Notes under the pieces: generated by a model | What the model was told of the DNA's origin: nothing | The model's database searches: none | Seen by the model: only the letters and a program-made list of their open reading frames with translations | Assembly (NCBI GenBank): GCA_027482685.1 | Contig: JAIXVU010000001.1 | Location: 64,910 to 128,909 of the forward strand | Source of the DNA: a bacterium | GTDB lineage: Bacteria; Patescibacteriota; Minisyncoccia; Phycocordibacterales; UBA5272 | Direction of reading: 5' to 3' | Length of the DNA: 64,000 bases | Made by a program: the position numbers and the translations under genes | In this document: positions 31,117-39,680 of the stretch, one piece after another | How the letters are laid out: each line of letters begins with the position of its first letter | Numbering within the stretch: the first letter of the stretch is position 1

Positions 31117-31656
31117 TTAACACACGTTAGGGGTGAGGACTTTACCTGCAAGGCTGTATGTTGCTATACACAGGAAGATGAGGCCGATATAGCCTATTTC
31201 TAGCCCTTGGTACGGCAAGACGTTTAACATAGTAGAAAAGCCCAAGAAGCCTAGCATGACACTAAGAAGGGCAGTTCCGCACGCTGCACAGCCTATTCCA
31301 AAGAATGCTGCAACAAGCCCTAGTCCGCTATAGAGACCGCTACGCACGATAACTTCTCCGCGGATCTTTACATACGTATATGCAAGTGAGAGATTAATGC
31401 CACCGATTAGTGAACCAAGGAACGCTAGCAAGAATGCTCCAAGGGTAAATGTATTAGATATATCAAAAAGCGTAGTTATAAAAAGTGATAGCTTCGTATG
31501 AAGAGCGAGTGTGGTAAAACCAAAGACCGCATGTGCATCTTTGCCATTTTGTGTGATAAGAAGCAAGAGGAAAAAGATAACCGTAGAGATAAGAAGTACA
31601 AGAAGGCTATCCTTTCTTTGCAAAACAACCTGAAGGGCATTACTTAATCGCTTCAT
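31117..31656 (-). CDS. Multi-TM membrane protein with GCAACG motif
   Basis: 4-5 TM segments; CxxC; start MKRLS preferred over upstream ATG inside palindrome. Confidence 0.75.
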   Translation of the reverse strand: MKRLSNALQVVLQRKDSLLVLLISTVIFFLLLLITQNGKDAHAVFGFTTLALHTKLSLFITTLFDISNTFTLGAFLLAFLGSLIGGINLSLAYTYVKIRGEVIVRSGLYSGLGLVAAFFGIGCAACGTALLSVMLGFLGFSTMLNVLPYQGLEIGYIGLIFLCIATYSLAGKVLTPNVC

Positions 31657-31698
31657 ACTAATAAAGGGTAGTGTAACAGAATGTGTGCAAGTGTGCTC

Positions 31699-31762
31699 GG
31701 GGAAATCTGTAGTACAGAAAATGACGTCATATGACGTCATTTTCTGTACTACAGATTTCCCC
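31699..31762. repeat. Perfect 64-bp palindrome with no loop
   Basis: GGGGAAATCTGTAGTACAGAAAATGACGTCAT|ATGACGTCATTTTCTGTACTACAGATTTCCCC. Confidence 0.9.
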
Positions 31763-31764
31763 TC

Positions 31765-32055
31765 TTACCGTATCTCCCCTCCTACACGTTTCTTGGTTAA
31801 GTAGTCTTCTAACTCTATTATTTCATTTTCTACTGCATCCATCCATTCTTTTTCTGTACCATGAGCTGCGTGTAGCTTCGCCTTGAAGTTAATATAGAGA
31901 GGATAGATAAGGCCTGGGTCATCTCGCAGGATTTTATAAAAATCAAACTGTTCCTCTTCTGTAAGCATCATAAGTCCAGTTGTAAAAGCCCTCATTTCTT
32001 CAAATGATAGCTCTGACTCTTCTATAATTGCTTGGAGGTCTTTTCGTAGTGCCAT
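31765..32055 (-). CDS. Hypothetical protein
   Basis: 96-aa helical acidic ORF, TATACT upstream. Confidence 0.7.
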   Translation of the reverse strand: MALRKDLQAIIEESELSFEEMRAFTTGLMMLTEEEQFDFYKILRDDPGLIYPLYINFKAKLHAAHGTEKEWMDAVENEIIELEDYLTKKRVGGEIR

Positions 32056-32165
32056 GTAAAGTTAAGTATACAACCCTGTATAGCCTTTATAATCAAAGGT
32101 TATTCACAGCCTTACTCTCGCATATGTAGAAATGTATGTCAAGGAATAGGAATATCGTGTATTTA

Positions 32166-32387
32166 TTAGTGGATAGTTACTTTTACCTCTGCACGCATTG
32201 CAGCTATATCTAGTAGCCCGCAAGCATCTGCAATATCGTTAGGTAATTTTGCTTCTTCACGTGCTACTACAGCATTTCTTAACCAAGCAACGGAGTGCTC
32301 AGGTAGTTTTGTATTTTCAACATTACTAAGACCTCCTTCTGTATGAATTTCTTTTGGTACAGATATGTTGTGTGGCTGAGATTCCAT
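32166..32387 (-). CDS. Hypothetical protein
   Basis: Short ORF MESQPHN... Confidence 0.4.
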   Translation of the reverse strand: MESQPHNISVPKEIHTEGGLSNVENTKLPEHSVAWLRNAVVAREEAKLPNDIADACGLLDIAAMRAEVKVTIH

Positions 32388-32648
32388 AGAGATATAATAG
32401 TGATGTTTTAAAACAAAGTGAGTAATGGATACGAGTATACCCCCACAACTCACTATCGCGCAAGTAAAATTTTTGTGGTAGAATTGTGGACAAGTTATTA
32501 AGGTAGTTTCTAGTTAAAAGTTTCAAGTTTTTAGTGAAAATACATACGCTATTTAGATAGCTTATAGTATCCACTTCTTTAATTCTTGAAAAGAATTCTC
32601 CGTATTTGTACCAACTAGAAACTAACAACAAATAACTAGCAACTAATT

Positions 32649-32937
32649 TTGGGTATCGTCTAACGGTAGGACATCAGCTAGCGGAGTTTACGGAGCGATA
32701 AAATAATGCGGTCCTGAGTACGAAGGACAATAAAGATTTGAAACGTACTTGTATGAATTAAAGTATTTTTGTAATTATGTATTTCACTCATAACTAATTA
32801 CTAAAAACTACTAACTATCTTTGGGTATCGTCTAATGGTAGGACATCAGCAAAGCGTAACAACGTGAAGCGGTGGAATAAAGCGGTACTGAGCAGGACCA
32901 GAACAAATCTAAACTGCTCACAGAAGTTAAAAAATAT
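32649..32937 (+). repeat. Two degenerate tRNA-Gln-derived units upstream of intact tRNA
   Basis: TTGGGTATCGTCTAAYGGTAGGACATCAG at 32649 and 32821 repeats the tRNA 5' portion. Confidence 0.85.
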
Positions 32938-33011
32938 TGGGGTATCGTCTAATGGTAGGACATCAGGTTTTGGTCCTGAGTATCGAGGTTCGAGTCCTTG
33001 TACCCCAGCCA
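32938..33011 (+). tRNA. tRNA-Gln(TTG)
   Basis: Cloverleaf TGGGGTA...TCAGG-TT-TTG-GT-CCTGA...GGTTCGAGTCC...TACCCCA-G-CCA. Confidence 0.95.
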
Positions 33012-33098
33012 ACTCGTGCGGAGTTCTGACGCTCGGAGAGCGTCGAAACGTATGAGAGCTCTATACAGTTAATGCATAGCTACTGAGTGTAGCCAGCC

Positions 33099-33137
33099 AA
33101 ATCTAAAAAGTACCCCAAAAGGGTACTTTTTAGATTT
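33099..33137. terminator. Terminator downstream of tRNA-Gln
   Basis: AAATCTAAAAAGTACCC-CAAAA-GGGTACTTTTTAGATTT. Confidence 0.7.
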
Positions 33138-33240
33138 TCCCATTATTACACTTCTTGCACTAAACTAATGACATTAGAGTTAAATTCAATGTTAAAACCT
33201 TCTGCGAGTTTGCATGCAAAATTATGATAGAATAAATAAT

Positions 33241-33600
33241 ATGTCAGTAAAAAAAATACCTACAAAAAAGAAAAAAGTGGTAAATGTCTTATTTATTGTT
33301 TCAAAAAGTGGAAGTAATCCTCCACGAATAGACTTTTATGATAAAGGTAAATCTGTTCCAAAAGACAAAATTAAAGTAGTATTCAGAAACTCAAATACTG
33401 GACGTTTTGTTACTGAAAAGTATTCTCACACTCCCCCTATAGATAAAGACCACCCGAGAACTCATCATGTAAATAGAGACTCAAGATCTGGTGCGTTTAT
33501 AACAACAAAATCAGAATCAAGACATCCTTCAACCACCATTACTGAACGCATCTCAAAGGACTCTCCTATACATTTTAGAAAAGATAGCTCTAAAAAATAA
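33241..33600 (+). CDS. Basic protein with two R(D/N)SxxGxF repeats
   Basis: RNSNTGRFVT and RDSRSGAFITTKSESRHPSTTITERI; stop overlaps next start (TAATG). Confidence 0.7.
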   Translation: MSVKKIPTKKKKVVNVLFIVSKSGSNPPRIDFYDKGKSVPKDKIKVVFRNSNTGRFVTEKYSHTPPIDKDHPRTHHVNRDSRSGAFITTKSESRHPSTTITERISKDSPIHFRKDSSKK

Positions 33601-34088
33601 TGGAAAATTCATATCAATTTATTATTGATGGTATCATTCCTGCTACACAGCAGGCTTTTAAGAAAGTCACTGGGTTTGACCACTATGTTCGCAAGAATGA
33701 ATCAGCAGCAGTGGCTACATTCAAAAGTGTGGTCACTGAGCAAATTACAAGGGAAAGACCTCCTGCGACTTTCCCAACAACTAACTCTGTTTATGTTGCA
33801 ATTATTCAATTTTTTACATCCAACAGAGATAACTATCAAACTCGTGATGTAGACAACATGGCTAAAACCGTTTTAGATGCATTACAACAGAGTAATCTTT
33901 ACACAAACGATAGCCAAGTAAGAACACTTCTTGTAAGTAAGAGAGTGGACCTTGTGAGAGTTCCTCAAGATTTAGGGTACGTATATATAAAAGTATTAGA
34001 AGACGGAGAAGACATTGATGTTATTGATGACGCACTTGAACAAGCTCTTCAACTTTATGACAGTCTTAAGGCTGGAGAGGTAGAATAA
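33600..34088 (+). CDS. RusA-family Holliday junction resolvase-like nuclease
   Basis: RDVDNMAKTVLDALQQSNLYTNDSQV resembles RusA D-x-D-N-x2-K-x3-D-A-L...D-x-QV. Confidence 0.8.
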   Translation: MENSYQFIIDGIIPATQQAFKKVTGFDHYVRKNESAAVATFKSVVTEQITRERPPATFPTTNSVYVAIIQFFTSNRDNYQTRDVDNMAKTVLDALQQSNLYTNDSQVRTLLVSKRVDLVRVPQDLGYVYIKVLEDGEDIDVIDDALEQALQLYDSLKAGEVE

Positions 34089-34145
34089 AAAATAATCACC
34101 CTCCTTCCTAGGGTGATTATTTTGTTATTGTCTAACGAGTACTAA

Positions 34146-34277
34146 TTACTTAGTGTCGCCGTGACCTGTTTTCGGGATGCGTTCTACCGTAGTTGTATTC
34201 GGTCTTCGCTGTGCTTCTTTAACTGGAATAAAATGTCCAGTCTTAGAATCTCTCCCGAGAGGAAATGTCTTAGCCAT
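34146..34277 (-). CDS. 43-aa peptide MAKTFPLGRDSKTGHFIPVKEAQRRPNTTTVERIPKTGHGDTK
   Basis: Hand-translated (below ORF-track cutoff); homologous to repeat in 33241-33600; shared terminator ~34088-34123. Confidence 0.75.
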   Translation of the reverse strand: MAKTFPLGRDSKTGHFIPVKEAQRRPNTTTVERIPKTGHGDTK

Positions 34278-34558
34278 ATAGGTTATTAACATATTCGGTT
34301 GATAAATGGTCACTTAATATGTTAGGCTGGGATTACAACATCTTAACTTTACATGCTTAAGCACTGTGAATAAACGACCGGATTTCTGGAAGGAATCCTA
34401 ATCACATAACCTAAGGAACATTGTTTTAGAACAAATGTTCCTATATCTCTACCGTATCAAACTATTTTAATATTGTATAGTGTTATTTTAAACAATTAGA
34501 CAACTTTTTTTATAACTGTCTATATTAATCAAATTGTTGTAGTATTAGGTCATTTAAA

Positions 34559-35758
34559 ATGACAGATTTTACAATAAAAATTAAACGAGGTGGCATAAAA
34601 ATCGACAAACGAGTCTTTCTTTCTCTGTTAGACCTTTCCCCTATAAAAGACTACACAGATTATATTAAAGCTGTAGAGTCAAATGAGATTACTGTAAGTG
34701 ATTTAAAAATACTTGCTCAACGAGCAGATGTTCCATACCCATTATTTTTTGCACCAAAAGAAAAAGTTGACGCTCAACTTAAAGATACCCGAAAAAATCT
34801 ATTTGAAAAACTACCAACCAAGTCTGAAATGCAACTTGCTCTTCGCGGAGAAGCTAGTGTCGCTGATATAGAAATAATAGTGAAAGACATAGGAAGAAAA
34901 CAGGAGTTCTTAAAAAGAAGAGTACTCCCAGCAAGTGGTGACAACCCTTATATAGGATCAATTTCTAAGTTAATTAAGAAAGGTTTACCAAAAAAAGAAA
35001 TAGCTGAGCAAGTTAGATCTTATTTTGGAATCAATCTAGTAGAAATGCGGAAATTATCTAAAGATGATGTTCTTAGTTACATATGTAAAAAAGCTGAAGA
35101 AAAAGAAATCTTCATATCCATGAGTTCTTACAACTACATGCCTCAAAATCTGGATTCAAACCTTGGATTAAGTGGATTGTGTGTTAAAGATAAAAAAGTT
35201 CCTTACATTTTTGTAAACACTAGAGATGGCGATGATAAACCAAAGATATTAGAAACTTCAGGTAGACAAATACTTACAGTCATATCCATGCTTGTGTGCA
35301 TAGGAATAAATAAATTTCTATTAAGCACAAAAACAGGTAAATCCTCAAATACTGACTATAAAAGAATATACTCTATTGCTTCAGAAATTCTAATTCCTAC
35401 CAGCGAACTTAATGTAATAAAAATAAATAGTCTTTCTGATCTAACTAGTTGGGCACGTGTACTTAAAGTAACTCCAAGTATGCTTTTAATCTGTCTTGTA
35501 AATGCAGGTAAAATATCGAGAAAATTAGCTAACTCTTATCTTGAAAACCTGAGAGACGCTATAAAAGAAGTCCAACCAAAACGTAGGCAAGCTTTACCAA
35601 TTAATGGGTACAAAAAATACAACGGTGAAAGATTTTCAAAAGAAATAATTAGTGCATATAAAAATAACAAGATAACCGAAGGAGAAACAAAAAATCTATT
35701 ATTTAGAAAAGGAAAAATGGATAATAATTTATTCCAAGAGTATCTCTCAAAATACTAA
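34559..35758 (+). CDS. ImmA/IrrE-like protein lacking the HExxH motif
   Basis: HTH-like N-terminus (LA..ADVPYPLFF), SGLC....PYIFVNTRD...GRQILT; upstream of a PIN gene. Confidence 0.6.
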   Translation: MTDFTIKIKRGGIKIDKRVFLSLLDLSPIKDYTDYIKAVESNEITVSDLKILAQRADVPYPLFFAPKEKVDAQLKDTRKNLFEKLPTKSEMQLALRGEASVADIEIIVKDIGRKQEFLKRRVLPASGDNPYIGSISKLIKKGLPKKEIAEQVRSYFGINLVEMRKLSKDDVLSYICKKAEEKEIFISMSSYNYMPQNLDSNLGLSGLCVKDKKVPYIFVNTRDGDDKPKILETSGRQILTVISMLVCIGINKFLLSTKTGKSSNTDYKRIYSIASEILIPTSELNVIKINSLSDLTSWARVLKVTPSMLLICLVNAGKISRKLANSYLENLRDAIKEVQPKRRQALPINGYKKYNGERFSKEIISAYKNNKITEGETKNLLFRKGKMDNNLFQEYLSKY

Positions 35759-35760
35759 TT

Positions 35761-36159
35761 ATGAAATACTTATTAGACACAAACTCTCTATCAAAAAATA
35801 TCATTAACAAAGCCTCAAAAAGAAGTGATGTGTTTATCATTCGAGATGTTTTAGATGAGTACGTTTATTCACCAGAAGAAGAAACAAAATTTAAAAGTAC
35901 AGGTATTGATGTGATAGATCTTGAACAAAAACATTTTGAAAAATTAATAGAGGTCATGAAAAAACATGGTGATAATTTTTCTTTAATAAGGCTCTACACA
36001 GGAAAAGGCACAGCTGATGTTTTAATGTTGGCTTATATACTGGCTGAAACTGAAGTACAAGACACTCTTTTCCCTGAAGAATATACAATAGTCACCCAAG
36101 ACGGAGAACTTATCTCTGTATCAAAAGAATACGGAATAAATTGTATAAATCAATTTTAA
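35761..36159 (+). CDS. PIN-domain protein (DUF4411-like)
   Basis: MKYLLDTN, VLDE, ADVLMLAY, IVTQD. Confidence 0.75.
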   Translation: MKYLLDTNSLSKNIINKASKRSDVFIIRDVLDEYVYSPEEETKFKSTGIDVIDLEQKHFEKLIEVMKKHGDNFSLIRLYTGKGTADVLMLAYILAETEVQDTLFPEEYTIVTQDGELISVSKEYGINCINQF

Positions 36160-36170
36160 TAACCTTAATT

Positions 36171-38492
36171 TTATACTTTTGCGTACAGTTTCTCTTGGAA
36201 TTTGAAGAAAATTGAACGAATCAAATCAATATCACCAAGTACATCTTTTGCATCCTCAAGTGACTGATATTTGTTTGTGAGCAATATAGGTAATTTCTCT
36301 TGGTCTAATTCTTCTACACCTGTTTCGATATACTTACTTAATACGAACTCAATAAACTCTTTTTGTTTATCATTAAGAGATTCAAAAATAGTTTCCTGAG
36401 ATGTTTCCACTCTTATATCTCTTGGTATTGGTTTAATATCACTATTAAATACATATTCCAACACATCAAAAAGATCACTATTCTCAGCATCAATCAATTT
36501 CTGTAATGTAGTTAATTCGTCTTTTCCATATCCTGCTTCGTCTAGTTTTTCTAGTAAACTTTTTCTAGTTATTGGATTACTCCAAATTTCTCGTAATTCT
36601 TCTTCACTTGTAAAGAATTTAGGTAATGTCCCAAACAAGTTTTGTAAAAACTCTTCCACAGAAATAGGTTTACCGTCTGCACCCCAAAATGAAGTTGCAA
36701 TCATGTGCTGTATTTCACGCTCTTTCCCATCTCGTAACTTAATCTTAAGTTTCTTATTCGGTTCAGTTGGTGGTTCTGGTGGAAAAGGTGGTTCACCCTC
36801 TACTCCTTTTGGTGGTTTAGGTTCCGTAGGTTCGTCATCTACTGGACTGATTGGTTCACCATCCCACTCAGGATCTGCAAAATGATGATAGGCATCTACA
36901 AAGTCATAAATAGTGAAGAACTCCTTACCGTCAAATAAACGTGTACCACGCCCCACAATTTGCTTAAACTCAATCATAGAGTTCACTGGTCGCATTAGAA
37001 CAATATTACGAATATTTCTAGCATCTACTCCAGTTGAAAGTTTCTGTGAAGTGGTGAGTATGGTCGGTATAGTTTTTTCGTTATCTTGGAACTCTCTCAA
37101 GAACTGTTCTCCTATTTCTCCGTCGTTAGCAGTAACACGCACACAATAATTTGGATCAGTGCTTTTCTTGTACTGATTAATCAAATCTCGAACAGCAGCC
37201 GCATGATCTTGAGTAGCACAGAAAACAATAGCTTTTTCATTTTGATCAGCTTCATCCATAAATACTTTCACACGCTTTTCCTCTCTCGCTTTAATTTCGA
37301 TTATCTTATTAAAATCAGGTTCGGTATAAAGTTTTCCTTCCTCGATTTCCCCTTCGATGATTTGGTCATCACTTGTATAAATATAATCGTCTAATGTTGT
37401 CTTAATACGCTTAACCTTAAAAGGAGTAAGGAAACCATCATTTATGCCTTCTTTTAGAGAATAAATATATACTGGCTCACCAAAGTATTTATACGTATCT
37501 ACATTGTCCTTACGTTTTGGTGTGGCTGTTAAACCTAATTGCACAGCAGGAGAAAAATATTCCAAGATTCCTCTCCAGTTTCCTTCGTCGTTTGCACCAC
37601 CACGATGACATTCGTCTATAATAATAAAATCAAAGTAATCAGGTGAGTATTCTCCGAAGTATGGGGCAGGATTACCATCTACATCTTTACCACTCATAAA
37701 GGTTTGAAAGATAGTAAAGAATATAGAGCCATTAGTAGGTACACTTCCTTTTTTACTTATCTCTTTTGGATTGATACGTACAAGAGAGTCTTCTGGAAAT
37801 GAAGAGAATGAGTTATATGCTTGGTCAGCTAGTATGTTTCTATCTGCTAAAAATAGAATACGAGGACGACGAGAACCATCACGCTTTAAGTTCCATCTTG
37901 TCTGAAAAAGTTTCCATGCAATCTGAAAAGCAATAGCTGTTTTACCTGTACCAGTGGCTAATGTTAGTAAGATACGATCCTTATTATTTGCAACAGATTC
38001 AAGAACATTTTTTACTGCTATTTCTTGATAGTAACGTAATTGCCAAGATCCACTCTTATCTTCAAATGGAACAGAACTAAACTTTTCCCTCCATTCATTT
38101 TGAACTGCAAAAGTTTTATTCCAAAGTTCGTCAGGAGAAAGATACTCAGAAACTAAACCCTCAATACCTGTTTTCATACAGATACTGTATATTTCTTTTC
38201 CATTTGTGGAATAGGTTGTTTCTATGTTTAATTTCTCTGCGTACTGCTTGGCTTGTGCAACACCTTCACCAACCCCTATGTTTGCACTCTTTGCCTCAAC
38301 CACAGCCAATTTTATGCCTTTGTAGACCAATACATAATCAGCAGTAAGTAACTTTCCTCTTATACCTCCAGTTTGAATTTTACCAGCAGTAATATTGTAT
38401 TCACGGAGTATTTTAGATCCTTCAATAACACCCCAACCACAATCTTTTAGCTTTGGATCAATTAGCTCTGCCCTTGTTTCAGATTCGTTCAT
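36171..38492 (-). CDS. hsdR: Type I restriction endonuclease subunit R (EcoEI-like)
   Basis: NESETRAELID, VVEAKS, ATGTGKT, IIIDECHRG, LTATP, QIVGRGTR. Confidence 0.95.
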   Translation of the reverse strand: MNESETRAELIDPKLKDCGWGVIEGSKILREYNITAGKIQTGGIRGKLLTADYVLVYKGIKLAVVEAKSANIGVGEGVAQAKQYAEKLNIETTYSTNGKEIYSICMKTGIEGLVSEYLSPDELWNKTFAVQNEWREKFSSVPFEDKSGSWQLRYYQEIAVKNVLESVANNKDRILLTLATGTGKTAIAFQIAWKLFQTRWNLKRDGSRRPRILFLADRNILADQAYNSFSSFPEDSLVRINPKEISKKGSVPTNGSIFFTIFQTFMSGKDVDGNPAPYFGEYSPDYFDFIIIDECHRGGANDEGNWRGILEYFSPAVQLGLTATPKRKDNVDTYKYFGEPVYIYSLKEGINDGFLTPFKVKRIKTTLDDYIYTSDDQIIEGEIEEGKLYTEPDFNKIIEIKAREEKRVKVFMDEADQNEKAIVFCATQDHAAAVRDLINQYKKSTDPNYCVRVTANDGEIGEQFLREFQDNEKTIPTILTTSQKLSTGVDARNIRNIVLMRPVNSMIEFKQIVGRGTRLFDGKEFFTIYDFVDAYHHFADPEWDGEPISPVDDEPTEPKPPKGVEGEPPFPPEPPTEPNKKLKIKLRDGKEREIQHMIATSFWGADGKPISVEEFLQNLFGTLPKFFTSEEELREIWSNPITRKSLLEKLDEAGYGKDELTTLQKLIDAENSDLFDVLEYVFNSDIKPIPRDIRVETSQETIFESLNDKQKEFIEFVLSKYIETGVEELDQEKLPILLTNKYQSLEDAKDVLGDIDLIRSIFFKFQEKLYAKV

Positions 38493-38513
38493 AATCTTGA
38501 CATTATAGCACTT

Positions 38514-39680
38514 TTATAGTTCGCCGTTAAATGCTTTTTGAAGAATACTTTTCTTAAGCTCTTCTAAGTCATTTAATTTTTGTTCGTAGATTGATTCAAG
38601 TCTTTTTGTTTCATTTGAAAGTGATTCGAGTTTTTTAACAATAAGTTCTTGCTCCTTTATTGATTTTGGAAAGCTTATTCTAATAAGTTTTAAATTTTTA
38701 AGAATAATTCTTCTTATTGCAACTCCTGTTTTCATCCCCACGGCCTCTTGTAAAAATTCAGGATTTTTCAAAACATATTTCAAAAAAGACGAATCAATGA
38801 TTTTTCTTTTAGGTCTTATGATTGCCAACGAAGACAACACTACAAAATCTTTTTCAAAATCAACAAGGGACACTTTTCCCACAGTCCCATCTTTTGAAAA
38901 AAGAAGATCCCCTTGATTTGGTTTACATCCATTTTTAAGTAAGGATTCATAATCTTTTTTATTTATAAACTTACACCTTTCAAAATTAATTATATCGTTA
39001 TCAATATCTCTTACTGTTATATACGGATATTCATCTTCATTAGATGAATCTGGGGAAAAATGACTTCCGTCCGTAATTTGTTCACAAACATCCATAAGCT
39101 CAACATTTTCCCAATCGCCTCCTTTATTTGTAAACACACTCTGTAAATAACTCTCAAAAAGCTCCTTAGCATTTTTTAGATTTTGTTCAGCATTATCTTT
39201 TACTTTAGATATGTTAGTAAAAGATTCCTCTAAAATAGATACAATGCGTTGTTGTTCTTTAAGTGGAGGAAGTACGATTGGATATTCTTTAATCATCGGC
39301 ACAGTTAATTGTGGTATTGATGACCCACTATGGGTAAAATCAATACCACTAATTACAAACTTAAGAAAAGTTAAACTAACAACATCTGTTTTAGGTATTA
39401 TAACTATGAGTCGCACCACTGGATAAAAAGGTTCCTGTCTTATTTCAGAGTAACCAATTGTACCTCTTGCTGAAATAGTTATGCTTGGTTTTGTTACTCT
39501 TGCGACATTTGTGTAACCATATAATCCCTTATTTTTCTCACCATTTGAAAAGATGGGGATATTATAAAAATCTGTTTTAACTTTAAATGTGTTATTTTTG
39601 TCTACATCACCACCAGCAAAAAGCTCTTCACAAACATCTCCTAACTTTTTTATTTCCCAGTTAGTTTTCATAATCGCCAT
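38514..39680 (-). CDS. hsdS: Type I R-M specificity subunit
   Basis: Two TRDs with conserved W....LGD, PPLKEQQRIV, LKKSILQKAF.GEL. Confidence 0.95.
   Translation of the reverse strand: MAIMKTNWEIKKLGDVCEELFAGGDVDKNNTFKVKTDFYNIPIFSNGEKNKGLYGYTNVARVTKPSITISARGTIGYSEIRQEPFYPVVRLIVIIPKTDVVSLTFLKFVISGIDFTHSGSSIPQLTVPMIKEYPIVLPPLKEQQRIVSILEESFTNISKVKDNAEQNLKNAKELFESYLQSVFTNKGGDWENVELMDVCEQITDGSHFSPDSSNEDEYPYITVRDIDNDIINFERCKFINKKDYESLLKNGCKPNQGDLLFSKDGTVGKVSLVDFEKDFVVLSSLAIIRPKRKIIDSSFLKYVLKNPEFLQEAVGMKTGVAIRRIILKNLKLIRISFPKSIKEQELIVKKLESLSNETKRLESIYEQKLNDLEELKKSILQKAFNGEL

Noticed and set aside
31657-31740. N-terminal extension of the 31117 membrane protein
   Set aside because: The upstream ATG lies within the palindrome; MKRLS at 31656 is the more plausible start
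32649-33011. CRISPR array (three ~29-nt repeats)
   Set aside because: Repeats are tRNA-Gln 5' sequence, intervals are unequal (172 and 117 nt), the spacers resemble each other, and no cas genes are present
32815-33055. Short ORFs overlapping tRNA-Gln
   Set aside because: Spurious translations of the tRNA and its repeats
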